NCBI GenBank assembly: GCA_020536535.1
Contig: JAHLWZ010000173.1
Span: 9,980-73,979 of the forward strand
Origin: Pelomyxa schiedti
Taxonomy: Eukaryota > Protista > Evosea
Reading direction: 5' to 3'
DNA: 64,000 nt
The translations under genes were made by a program, and so were the position numbers. Each line of letters begins with the position of its first letter. The first letter of the stretch is position 1. Positions 12,906 through 26,083 of this stretch are shown in pieces. Below the pieces are notes generated by a model. It was not told where the DNA came from and made no database searches. It worked only from the letters and a program-made list of their open reading frames with translations.

Positions 12906-14768
12906 TCACAAGTTCTTCCTCCTAAGAAAGTGTCTGCGTCTTGTGTTTGATGCAATGACAGAATCAAAGCTCTCTCTGATAATGGGTGAGGACGCAGCAG
13001 CCGGTGAGAGAATGTCTTCATTAGCGGAGTTATTTGAACTTGTTGATGTTGTTGCGGTTGTGGTCTGCATGATGTGCAATGATTCGGCCAGAATTCCAGC
13101 ACTTCCGGCGGCACTTATCACTTCAGAATAGCCCAGCGGTTCGTTAGTGTCTGGTTGTTCGGTTCCATTAGGCTCCGGAACGTAAAACATGGTGCGCCAG
13201 TGGCTGGCTGGTTGACCGCGGGAATGCAGATACAGAAATTTTTTCTGCCCGAAAAGAAATGAGAATGTGGAGAAGTGGATAGGAAATATTACAATTTGTA
13301 GTGAGTAGTCCACGCAAAAGGTCAATTCGTGGTCTTCAATGTAAATTTGCTGTATTGCTTCCTATAGACCTAGTTTGGTTTCCAACTACCTCTTTCAGAA
13401 GGGTTACGCACATCCTTTATAATCCAGTGTTGGGTTGGTGCAGATATATTGAGTGGGGTAGCAGTAATGAGTTGCTGTGCTGTAAGTGGGTTGAGAGGAG
13501 AGACGTCCAGAGCGAGTTTGGTTCCAACATTCACAATGCACAACTGCGTGCCTTCAAGTGCCCCCCTGTCAATCAGCTTATTCCAGGTAGCCTCCTTTTT
13601 TAAAAAAAATTCATATGAACGATACATACTTGATAATGGAAGCGGGGGCAGGGTGTTTGAAGAACCAAAGTTGTGCCGTGTCACCTGAATATGGAGCCAA
13701 TTCCAGTTCTCCAGTCAGTTCTTCCAACAAATTAGCTCGCAATAAGAGAAATATTTGATACCAGAAACTTGTATAACATACTCTTCAGTGCTAGTTGAGA
13801 ATGCAGAGGACTTAAAGTATACCCACGAAGTTTCTTCATCGTTCTATGTTACAATTACTTCAAGGTACATGACGTTATAGTTATAAGGTGTCGACCAGTA
13901 GCGTGTCATCAAAGGGATTTGAATGTTCAAGCTGATTCAAGAGTTCGTCCATCGTGCAGTTAGCTGTGATTCGCGCATAGCAGTGAACTGACAGTAGCTG
14001 GGGAACATTTCCTAAATAGCTACATGAGTATTATGGTACTAAAGGGAAAACATGCCAGTTTCAAGGTTTTTTGTCTGTGAAGTACTCAAAGGAAAACGAT
14101 GTCTTAAGCACTCACAAAATGTTTTGTAGCTGATGCCGAATTTGTCACTGCCAAATATGTTCCAAAAATTGAGAGCTTCCTTACAAAGGTTAGACTTTGG
14201 TAAGAGGTTGGATTGAGTGCTTGCCTTATTGGTTATAACATTAGCAGGGGAGAAACTCTTTGCCCGTGTGAGTTTAAGTAAATCATTCATGGTTTTCATT
14301 TGTGTTTGTATTTGTGCAGTGAAACCCTGCAATTTGTCAATGACACTTTGTGGTGCCAATTCGACCTGGAGCAACGATTAACTCAGCACATGAGGTATTA
14401 TGAGAGGAAGCATAAAACTGACCCTCCTGTTGGCATCTTTTTTTTCTTGGACATACTCAAATGCCTCCAGTAAAATTTTGTGCAGTCTGTCCATACATGG
14501 AGTGATTTGCCCATCAGGGTCCTTGATACACTTACTTATCTGCTGTACAGAAAAAGTGATCTGCTCCAAATTCTTGAGTTCCTATTTCCATGTGAAACTT
14601 TCAAGTGAAAGAATGACACAAGTCTCTTGTGGCGGTGCCAAAATTACGTAAAGAAATTTCACTTACTCCCCTGATAGCCAAGTTGGCCTCCACCCACGAC
14701 TTTATAGCACTCCCAATCTCAATTGCCAAGTTGATGGCACTCACTGTAGTCTGAACAACGTCCACCAT
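12906..14768 (-). CDS. multidomain protein: MLKL/HeLo-like four-helix bundle + Cbl-TKB-like EF-hand + ricin-type beta-trefoil
   Basis: MVDVVQTTVSAINLAIEIGSAIKSWVEANLAIRGELKNLEQI...MDRLHKILLEAFEYVQ...LAPQSVIDKLQGFTAQI; ITNK|EALNFWNIFGSDKFGISYKTFCECL; three (Q)xW repeats (AQLW, TQHW, ASHW) with IVNVGTKLALDV. Confidence 0.65.
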
Positions 14769-15157
14769 TGCTTGGCAAAGACCAAAAAACGAAACGACAG
14801 AACTGCGAATTGATCAGAGACCCACCCCTGAGGAAAACATGAGTCACAGGACGAGCCTGGCACCTACTACAGCAACGCTCACATATTTGTTTCGCCGTCG
14901 TGGTCATGGACTCACTTGCTCTTGAGAAAGTCAACTTAGCCCAGATATATAACTTAGCCGTGATTAAATTAAGGACACGGAGGTGACGCACGCGGCGACA
15001 CCCCGTTTTTTCTTTTGTTGCGCGGATCTAGATCGGGGGCTGTCGTGAGATTGTTCATTTTACCCACGCGTGCGGGGGTGCGGCGTTACACCGTGTACTA
15101 GTACCACTTGCGTAGTATCATCGCTTTGGTCAATATTTTTTTTTCTTTTTGCATCCG

Positions 15158-18100
15158 ATGCACTACGGATATGAATTTCTCCTCGGCGGCGCCGTATCTG
15201 CTTCGTCGTATTTCCGGCCTGCGTTTTCGCACTCGCCTCCAATTTCCCTTTCTTCAGTTGGGCCACACGCTCGAAACGCGCACTCACAAACAGCAACATC
15301 AACTGGCGTTTCCAATATACCCTCAAATTCTATGCCCCAACGGCAACAACAACAACAAATTCAACAGCAACAGCAACCTCAACAACAAAATCCACAACAA
15401 AATCAATCTATAACAACAGCTTCTACAACCAATTCCGCGAACTTTCCGTCACCTTTGTTGGTCCGGCCGTTGGCCACGGCTTGGAATGCCTCCTCGGCTA
15501 CACAAGGGTACATACAGCAACAACAGCAACAACAACAGCAGCAACAACAGCAACAACAACAGCAACCGCAGCAACCGGGCAATTGCACCACACCACCATT
15601 GAGCTATCATGTTAATGTGCCAACGCCATCAGCACCTGCGAATGCAGGAAGTGGGAATGATATGGGATATGCTGGGGATGTTGATGCTCTTAGGAGAATG
15701 ACCCCGGCGGATGTAGCATCTCTGTACTGGGTGTTGCATGAACTTGCCTGCCAAAATATGCAAGCACTGTTGAGTCTTGATTCATTAAGCGAGAGGCAAT
15801 CCCCATTTATGAACACTTTGAAGCCAACAATGTTGACGTCTATTCCTGGAACTCTGTCACAAAGTAATGGCCCTGGTGGCAATGATTCAATGGAAAATAC
15901 GATGGGAGAACCAAGTGAAACTGACAGATTTGTTGTTCTGAACAAATTGCTAGATGAAGTACCATCGTTTTTAAGAGCGATTGAACGGGATGGTTCTGTC
16001 CTAACACGAGCGGTCCAGTGGAGGATACAAGAAAAGGTAGATAACATGAAATGTATTTTTTCATTGACCACTTGATAGCAGGCTGAGAAAAACCTTGGTG
16101 CCCAACAGCTTTCTACCCTCACTGGGGGTTGCTCCCTAATGTCAATCAACACGTTGTTTGATTTTTATGAAGTACAACAGCTCATACGCCAGCTCACTCA
16201 AACACAAATTCTTCGCCTTACACACCACGCTATCCCTCCATCAGTTTCCACTCACCCTCTTTCACGTGCATTCATGAAATGCATGCGAGATACCCTTACA
16301 ACTATTGTTGATCAATACACCCTTGAACAGTGCCACAACGCTCTTACCACAGTCTCTCCTTTAGCACAGAGATCCACAATGTTAAAACTTATTCCCAAGT
16401 TACCACCGGAGGTAGGTTATAATCCAGACATTTCTATGTCTCTCAATTAACCCAAAATCAGACAATACCATTGTTCCTCGAGATGTTTAGATTACCGCTA
16501 CCTGAGCTAAAAAAATTGAAAGAACTCATTTGTAGATTGAAACCATCTCAACTTTCGCCGTTATACTTATTTTTGCAGGTACAGGTTCCCCGCTATCTTT
16601 TTTTTCCCTAAATTATTCAAGCTTGAAGGCGATATGGCCCTCTCTCTCAAAAAATCTGTGGCACCTGATCAATCTACGCCACCACAATCCCCCTACCAGG
16701 CATCATCAACCCCACAATTACCCAATTCCACCATGATACCCCCGCTAAATCAAGATCCACAAACAACAGCAACACGCGCAGATGAAGATGTTTTCGTGGG
16801 AATCAGTTTCCCAGATGACCCAATATTTGGTGACTTTGATCCATCTATGAATGCATCTGCATCTAATACATTGCCACACACCCAACAAAATGGATTTAAC
16901 AATCAAAACCAAGAACAACTGCACCCTGTCCAATACGCGAGCTCTCCACGGCCTGAAACACCACCTTCACGTCAAACACGTATTGATGCACAATATATTC
17001 AGGGCAATTATTTACAACAGCTTCCTAGTACTCAACCAACCCCGAATTCCCAATGTCAATCACTGCCATCTCTCCCAACACCGTTCACACCACAAAACTT
17101 TCCAATCAATTTCTCTGCTCTTTCCTTCCCATCCACAACCACAAACCGTTCCTCCTCCCCACATCTGTCAACTAATTTGCCAAATATCCCCCCTCTACTT
17201 CCTGCCTCGATTCACCTCGAGAACACCACGAATTCATATCCACCCAACCGTTCTTTTGACGGGAAACCTCAGAGTACAGCAAATCCGCCTTCATTGAACA
17301 GCAGCACACAATTACCCGACATGGATGTACAGGTATCACAGTCTACAATTACATCTATTACGCCTTTGTCACTTGGTCCCCTAAATACTCCTGTCCATAC
17401 TATATCACCTTCACCAACACTTTCACCACTCTCTCTTTCTCCCAACTCGCAACCCTCCTCCGACGGGCAAATGACGAGACGGAAGAAGAATTCAAAATGT
17501 GTGGTGCCTCACTCCCTTTGTTCCTATTTTTATGTACTAATTTTTTTTGGATAGCGTCCAAGCCCTATTCTCGGGCGGATCCTCCACCTGCACCAAGTCC
17601 CCGGGTACCCACTGAGATTCCTGCTAACCAAGACTCTCCACCATCCTTCCCAGCAGTACCACCAGTACCACCTACAACCACCTCCAGCAACACGTCACCC
17701 CTCTCGGGAACGTTATCACTAAAAATAGCAAGACAACCGCCCAACAAAACAGTGTATCAACGCATCTTGCGACCTTTTCCTTCAGTGATGCTACTTGGAC
17801 CAGCGGCATCGTCTGTGACACAGAATTTATTTATAGAGGCTACATTATGGCGATCAGATAATGATACCGAACTTCCCACGTATCTCGAGGGGACAAAAGT
17901 GGTCAAGGTTGGATGAACCTTTATTTATTGAAAGCTTATGACTGGAGACAGATCTCTACAGGAGTATTTGCTTCATTCAAAAAGCTCAAAATTTTATGTA
18001 CCACGCAGCAGCAAGGAACACAATTTTGCCTCAGATTTACTCTCAAACAGTGCGTTATGAGTGTTGTACTTGGATCAGAGCTTATTTGCATTCTAGTTTC

Positions 18101-18603
18101 AGTGGAAATGAATTACTGACTGTTAAGGATGCCACAGCACTGTCCATTCCCATCGAAGTATTCTCACATACACTCTATCTCAATGAAAGGAAAGAAGGTT
18201 GTGCCTCATTCTTTTTCCAACCCCTTATTCAATCTTCTACAGCCAATGGACAACCAGCCGCAGCGGTAATGGAAGTTCTGCCACCCTCGGGTCCACCAGG
18301 CATCAGAGTCGTAGTTCTTGGTGATAATTTTCTAAACACACCCGCTCTCAGAGTGGCATTCAATGACACTGTAATTATCCCAACTTTCCATGAACAAGGT
18401 ATACTCATTGCCCCCTACCGTCTCCATTACCCTGTTCATACTCACGTGATTCCACCACTTTTTCAGGTACACTAATATGCACAGTCCCGCGTACTGATGC
18501 ATTTACCAACGGCGGTGGTGCACCAGTTCATGTGTCAGTCCGTGTTAGTAATGATGGTCTCAGTTTTTGTGAAAGTAAAGCCACTTTCATGTATTGTAGT
18601 TGA
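15158..18603 (+). CDS. putative transcription factor: polyQ and Ser/Pro regions, Ig-fold DNA-binding-like domain, C-terminal IPT/TIG domain
   Basis: LKIARQPPNKTVYQRILRPFPSVML...FKKLKILCTTQQQGTQFCLRFTL...SIPIEVFSH, then EVLPPSGPPGIRVVVLGDNF...LRVAF...GTLICTVP...VRVSNDG...FMY (IPT/TIG). Basic NLS-like TRRKK. Confidence 0.78.
15516..15575 (+). repeat. CAA/CAG microsatellite (polyQ)
   Basis: Mixed CAA/CAG run in the TF first exon; a second Q run lies near 15343-15400. Confidence 0.9.
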
Positions 18604-18676
18604 CACTACTTCCTACACCTTTGTTGTATCAAATGGAAAAAAACAAAAAATCAATTGAATTTTGGGTTTTGTGTTA

Positions 18677-21600
18677 TTAGGCAACAAGTTTGGATTGGAA
18701 GGAATAGGATCCGCCTCCAAGGGTTTTCATTGTGCTGTGGGATTCCAGGTCGGTTGGGACATATACATAGGCAATTGTATTGTGTGGTATTGTAACGTTC
18801 ATATCGAAGAGGAGGGTGGCCTCATCGAGTGTCCAGGAGCAAACGATGTCCCCGCGTATGCTGGTGTACGATGCGGAAACGTAACTGAGAGAAATGTGAG
18901 TGCGTGGTGCACGTGCTGGATGGAATGGAAGAAGGAAGCAAAGAGAGCCCACACACCTGAGGCCCAGCGAGGGTCTTGGCGCAATCACAAGAGGGTTGAA
19001 TGCTACTGAGGAAGGCAAAAGGTGTATCCCGGCAAGGGATGACATCACCCATTGGGCCACAGACCCGAACATGGGATGGTTGTGTGAGTAGGTGTTATCA
19101 CTGTAGAACCAGCTTTCCTTGAAGTGAGCATTAGGAGGAGAAGGAGGAATAGGTGGGGGTTGGTTCTGAGATGCGTGTCATACCCATATCGTCGAGGCCC
19201 CTTGGTCGAGCATATACCCAAATGAAGGGTAACTTTTTTGCTCTGCCATCTGCAGAGCGGTGGAGGTAGCACCCATGTCACTCAGAGTCAGCAGCACCCA
19301 TTTTATGCCAAACATCCCACAAGCGAGATGTGCATCTTGTTTTGCAATATCCAGGAGGAGGTTGTTGTATGCAGAAGAAATGCTTCCCGTAGGTGTAATC
19401 CCCATGTACAAGGGCATGGATTGCGCACATTGCGTCCCATTCCAGGAATTATCTTGTGCGGCATATCTTTGATATTTATTTCTCATAGAGGAGGGAATTA
19501 GATACAGGCCAAGGGTTTCATCAAAAAACTGCGAATTGATCATGTCAGATATTTCTGTGGAGTGCACAAGAAAGTCTTCGGATTCGTCTGTTTTTTCAGT
19601 TGGTGAGAGCTGATGAGGTGATGTTAAGTGCTACTGAGTACCATTGAAACCAAGGATTGAAGCAATCTGTGACATTGCCACCAGGTCTGCAAAAAGAATC
19701 CCCAACCCAGTCAGCTGGGTTGGACTTGGTTCTGTGATGTTGTTGGGAACCACAAATTATATTTAGGGTACCAATTGTCATCCAGTCTCCAAGACCTGAT
19801 GGTAACAAAGGTTAAGGAAAAAAAAAACAGATGTAGGTTAGGTTCACACCATTTTGAACAGTATCCAAATTACTGAGCATTAATTGAATAAAGTCCTTGG
19901 CATACGGGTAGGCGAGCTGTAAAGCAAGCAGATTTCCATAGTATTGATACTGCTCCAATGCCAACTGGGGAAATACTGACTGCCAATCCACCGGCCCACT
20001 TCCATCTCCAAACCCATGGTCTGGCTTGCCGTTAAGGTATTACTCTCTAAATTAGGGCCAAACCGGCTATTCCATTATAGGGAGCACACTCAGTGAATCC
20101 ACCATTTTGTCGTTGATCGTCACTGAAATCACTCAACCTTTTGGCGTAAAATTGTGACATGTCAAATGTCAGCATCCCAGATTCACTGGTAGCAAGGAGA
20201 TCTCCTCCATAACCAAATCTCTCTCGGTGTGGACAATCTTGTTAATTTCAGGTTATTGCATACATTCTCAGGAGGAAAATACCTGACTGAACAGCCATCA
20301 AATTAGATAGGAGTGTTGTTTGAAACATAGACCAAATTTGATTAAGAACTTCAGAAGAACATTCAAAAACTCCATTGGAACGGACATCAGCATGAATGAC
20401 ATAAGCAGAGAGCATGTCTTAAAGAAATGGTGGAATCAGTAAAGTTAGCAGTCAAGTAATTGACAAATACCAGTTGTAAGTGGAATTCCTAAAGCCGACA
20501 TATCAACTTCAACATATTGAAACCCATGCCAGGTGAAAGAAGGGAGGAAGTCAATGGCCTCTTCACTTCCATTAAGAATGTAGCTATCTGCCTCATATGA
20601 GAACTGACAAAGCACAAAGGAAAACAAACCTGTTTGATATGCAACATCAGGAGCACAGGGTCCTCCTACCCCTCTTCCCTTTATTTGACCAGCCACTGAT
20701 GTCATAACATTCAAGCTCCCATCGGAGTACAGTAATTCTCCATATCTCAGCTTGATTGATGCACCTGCAACTTAAAAAGATCTTGAGAGAATGGGACATA
20801 CTAACAATCAGCTTACCTGGTTGTATCCCCTGCAAAGAAATTTGCAGTCGCACAATTCCAGCAAAATTTTTCCCCATGTTGGCAACGTAGATTGAGGTGG
20901 AACCAGGGGAGAGCCATGTACTCACAGCCTGGAGAGGTGTGCTCTCAGCACTAATATATATGAGCATTAAGAGAAACGAAAACTGGGTGCTTTCTTCCCA
21001 ATATTTTCTCTCACACAACCCACCATTTCAAAGAGTAGGGAGCCCTCAACATACATTATCGGTGGAATTGAATTGGCCTCGAGCAATGAGAGGTCATCAA
21101 GAGCAGAGGGTGGTGCTGCTGAAGCAAGCTCCCAAGTTGTAGCGTCGAACTCGTAGTTAACCCAGTCTGGTGAGTGTAGAGTTTAATAAAGCGCGTTGGT
21201 TACAATATGAAAGAAAAAAACCAGGCGTTTCAAGGCGTGAGTCGTAAATAACTCCCAAATAGCTGCCAAATTTTTACAAAAAGAAAAGAGTGGTTTATGC
21301 CAACATGTCATTAGCAGTGTAAGGTCCAGGGCCAACCGTCCAGCAGCTTTCTGTTTGCATGTTCTTGCATGGTGCAGTGTAGAATACTTGGGTAGAAGAA
21401 CCGGTGTATTGAATTTCCAGCTGAGCTATAAGCTTAAATTTTAATTAATCATATAATACAGAAAAATGGATTCAAGATGAGAACTCTCATCTCTCACCTG
21501 GGGCCGTTCTCCAACAGCAAGATAGTCACGTAAATTGAGGGAACCCCAAAACTGCAGTGGAAGCGGGTTGAAAAAGCCATTTCCAAGCTGCCAATTGAGT

Positions 21601-22777
21601 AAGAAAAAAAGAGGAAGCCTTTAATGCAGCAGAATACCTCAATCCCCAGAACATGCTTGGTTGCCAATGAAATTACAGTAGTTAAATCGTATGTGTCATA
21701 AAAGACTCTTTTGAAATAATTTGTCTGTGGAACATCGAGTCGTAGTGGATTAACCAGTTGTCCATCAATGAAAGCACGGTAAAAGCCAAGTCCTGAGATA
21801 TACAATCGAGCTCTCTGAATGGTCTCTATCTAGTTTTAGATAGCCCAAAATAAAAAGGAACTTTACCATTGGTGGAACTGAAAGCATAACGGGCCAAAGG
21901 ATTTGACCGAGAATCATAATACCAGCAATCAGGGTGCCATAACTCAGTGTAAGGCTGAGAAATCTGTCTTTTTTTAGGAGAAATTTAAAGGGGCAACGGA
22001 AGTACACACCCACACACCTTCCCAGTCAGAGCTATCCAACAACCCCATCTCAAATTGTGCCACATCAGACTGGACCCAACATCTGCAAAGATATTCAAAA
22101 CGGGGGAAGGCAAAAAAACCTCATGAAACGGACACAATACCAATGAGGAAAAAAGACTTCAAACATGCAAAAAAGAAAGAATGAAAAACAAACAAACTAA
22201 AAAAAAAGTGATCAACTACGCATACTCTTCACCAGAAGGAATCAAACTGGGAATAACAGATACAGTCCAGTAGATTACCTCACGGGATGACAGAGCCCTA
22301 CCCCCCCACACAATATGCACACTATCTTGCGAGTACACAATCCCGGAGTCCCACGCGTCATCAGAACCAGCTGTAACCCCAGCAATTATTCTATATGCAA
22401 CCTGTGTCTAAAGAAAAAAAAAAAAAAAGTAAAGAAAGTTGGAAATCACTGCTACACAAATTTGCATAGTGGGTACTATTTTTTGTAGATCTAACAACCT
22501 GGTTGAGGAGCTGAGATGCGAGTTGCCACGAGAACCTTGGAGATCTGTTCTGAATCGCCCTCACTGTGGCCACCACTGCACCGGCTCCTTCGTGGCCGTT
22601 GTGATTGTCGGCTGTGTTTGTGTAGATGGCTTCTGGGTCAGTGTATTCGACCGTGGGCCTGGTGATCCACGCAATTCCCGAATCAGGGGTACACCACTCC
22701 CCTGCCACCCGCGTGCCCCGTTCCTCCCATAACCAACAACACCACACAACGGCCAGGGCCAACGACAACCGCGACAT
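18677..22777 (-). CDS. secreted alpha-L-rhamnosidase, glycoside hydrolase family 78
   Basis: Signal peptide; PRFSWQL; YISGLGFY; FTWHGFQYVEV; DCPHRERFGYGGD; GLGDW; PSFGYMLDQGASTIWE; SHNHPMFGSV; many short introns. Confidence 0.93.
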
Positions 22778-23113
22778 TTCGCTTCGATGCTGTTTTGACT
22801 GTTTCGGTGTAAAAAAAAAAAAACCGACGCGCCGCTTCGTGACTCAGGGCGTGCCGGGGTTCGGAACACTAACCAAGGCCTTCCCATAATGCCACATCGC
22901 ATGGCTCAAGGACCTCAGTAGCTGTGTACAAGGGAAACCTCGATGGATTTGGAACCAATGGGCCCAATTTCACAGTTTTTAATAACAGCACCGTGATACT
23001 CCTGTAATTCCTCCCTTTTTAACTCAATTTACAAACACGATAATAAAGGAAGCTGCACAAGCTAAATGAGAACCACTTTGTATTAAAAAAAACCTCAAAA
23101 ACTTTTCCATTCA

Positions 23114-23374
23114 TCACATTAGCCATAAAGCCAGTATTGAGGAGATGAGCAAGAAGATCAGTGCTGGGCCTATGCGGCGGTTGAAAGATTCTCTGGGTTC
23201 AGCATAGATCATGAACCACGTCAACACAACAGGAGATGAAATAAATCCAGGTAGTGCCCCTGTGCCCCTCCAGATTCTCACGAGAAACCAACTCATAGAC
23301 CAAACGCACAGTGCTCCAAAAATGAGTTCCACAGCACCATTACAAATCTGTGAACAAAATGAGCTGGCTTCCAT
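23114..23374 (-). other. hydrophobic ORF fragment (possible membrane-protein exon or pseudogene)
   Basis: Three hydrophobic stretches in 86 aa; no reliable upstream exons found. Confidence 0.25.
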
Positions 23375-24391
23375 TCAATTTGACTCTTATTATACTACCT
23401 GTACAAGATCCCCACTCCGCAGTAAACGAAACAGCACCGTGAAATAGCAACTGCGGAAATAGTTGCAGAAAAAGCCCACCCAGTCACAAAAGAGGAAAGA
23501 TCTCAAGCATTCAAGGAAATACGCCCTCCAGTCGAAATGAACGTGGTGGTATCCTTTTTTTTTACTAGTATCTCACAGATTAGTTGCACATTTGAACCGC
23601 AAGAGCAGCTACCTATGCCTGCTCCGGAGTTAATTAAGTGGAATCGGCTCGATGATAATTACACTGTGATACATTAAAGCACTGTATATCACAAAGTTGC
23701 TTCTTGTTGTAGAGGCCCCTGTACTGGAGAACAGGCTGGAAAACTCACATAAGCTGTGGTCCACAAACACAGTTGTTCTTCAAAGTTAAGGTACGTGGTA
23801 GAGTCATTCCAAGGTAGGTCCACTCTTTTAGATTGCCTGAAGCATAAAATCCCACTCTCGGTCACGCACTGCCAGCACCATAACCCATTGATTTGATCCC
23901 TCATGCCACATAATGAATATGAATCCATGAAGATAGCCACCAATGGAATAGTACCGGCTTTCCCAAAACCAGATGTTGTCTATATCTACCAGCACTACCA
24001 GAATATATCCCCTATAGGCATCAGGGTACAGTGCGATGGGCTTAATAACCAACTGAATGGCATCAACACTCTGAGCATGTACCCAGCGCACAACGCTCCT
24101 TGTGCGTTTTGAAATAGAAATAGCTCGATAGATCATGTGTACATATTATTCCCAAACAAAAAACAAAATTGTTTGTGTGGCCTTTTTTCGGGGGGGTTCC
24201 CACTAAAAATCAAAAAACAAAGGCACGGTAGGCAGTGCTGGCAAGATCTACGCATGCACGTCCACGTTCTTTTGGTCAGTGCTCACTTCTGTTTGTTCTT
24301 GTTTCCTACCATACCCCAGATCTCTGCCCACATGAGCGATCGCTGGATCTCTCCAGAACATTGTGCGCATTGTTTTGATCTGTACAGGCTG

Positions 24392-24733
24392 GAGTCACTT
24401 CACTTCAATTCACTTCCGCGTGGCGTGGGGGCATAGGCGGCATCGGCATCTAGTTGAACAACTACTTCTTTCCTCTTCCCGATATTGGTTGGCATTTATT
24501 TTTGGCTGGGGCNNNNNNNNNNNNNNNNNNNNNNNNNNNNNNNNNNNNNNNNNNNNNNNNNNNNNNNNNNNNNNNNNNNNNNNNNNNNNNNNNNNNNNNN
24601 NNNNNNNNNNNNCTTTGCACCGGGCATTCCTGGTTGGTTTTAATGGCTGAGGGAGTGGTGTGAGGAGCACTTTCGCGGAGAAGGGCATGTGTTAAAGAAC
24701 TGCCCTGACCTGTACTAGCCTCTTCTTTCTCCT
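24392..24733. repeat. direct repeat copy 1 (interrupted by a 100-N assembly gap)
   Basis: 24392-24512 and 24613-24733 match the two ends of 25367-25828. Confidence 0.93.
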
Positions 24734-25366
24734 CACCTCCCTCGCATGCTGTCTCTTTCTGGATGGATGCCCATGGGCCGTGGCCCACACCATGGGTGAC
24801 TCTGAGATATGGCGCTGCTGCTATATTTTATGCTGAAAATCGTCATCGTCCCAACTTGGGGGTAACTTCACACTTTATTCACTTTCTGAAACATCATGTG
24901 GTTCGATTTGGTTGGAGTTTTTGGCGAAAATCGGGAGACCCAGGAACGATTCAGCCCCCAGCAGTAAGTAAGGCACACCCTTTTTGTTCTTGTTCCAATG
25001 AATATATTAGATTTCTTGACACAGACAGACACTGAACTGAAAACTCTGAGACAAAGCAGCAGTTCTCCAAGACTTTCATTTTCAGAATGTAAAAGGTAAA
25101 GGACCCTTTATACCAAGGCACTTTTCTTACTGGATTTAGAATCGAATCAATGATGGAATGCCCTATCAACCAACCCACGAATTGTCAGAGTTCTCAGTCT
25201 GGTCTGGTGGTGTTCATTCAGTCTCAAAGCAAAGCTGGGAGGATGTGCACGCACAGAGGATTCATTCAGCCACAGTAAGCCAGTCTTTTTGTTTGTTCTT
25301 TGGCAAAACTAATCATCAATCAGACCAGATATGTTATTGGACTATTTCTGTTCAAAAGAGGGTCGA

Positions 25367-25828
25367 GAGTCACTTCACTTCAATTCACTTCCGCGTGGCG
25401 TGGGGGCATAGGCGGCATCGGCATCTAGTTGAACAACTACTTCTTTCCTCTTCCCGATATTGGTTGGCATTTATTTTTGGCTGGGGCTGGCTGCAGCACT
25501 ACACACAACTGTTCTGTTCTTTGTGATGAGATGGGGTCCACAGCCACGAGGCAACCGGCAGTGCCTGCATTGCTGGCATTTGGGATGGAGGCTACTAGGG
25601 CTTGTTGCTTTGCTTTGCTTTGCGTGATTTCATGCGCCTTTGAGTAACCATGGGCCATGATGGAACCAAAAAGGCAGCGCAGAGAGCCCTTCAACCCATC
25701 TATCTTGCTTTGCACCGGGCATTCCTGGTTGGTTTTAATGGCTGAGGGAGTGGTGTGAGGAGCACTTTCGCGGAGAAGGGCATGTGTTAAAGAACTGCCC
25801 TGACCTGTACTAGCCTCTTCTTTCTCCT
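25367..25828. repeat. direct repeat copy 2 (462 bp)
   Basis: gagtcacttcacttc...tcttctttctcct, matching the sequence on both sides of the N gap. Confidence 0.93.
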
Positions 25829-26083
25829 AAAAGAGCTGAAACAGAAATGTATGTTTTACCACCGTTTTTATTCCGTTATTGAGACTTCTACAGTGTTCCA
25901 AGAACTGAAACTGGACCCGCTAAAGACCTTTCATTGTAATTCCCAACTCAGCGGCAGTGGAAGTCCGCTGGGGGTAGCCCATTGTGTGGCTTTTTGGAAT
26001 ATGTACTGCTATTGGAAATTCGGAAACAACTACCAAGTTTTTTCGGAATATTTTATTTGCTTTTGGTCTTGTGCAACTCTCCC

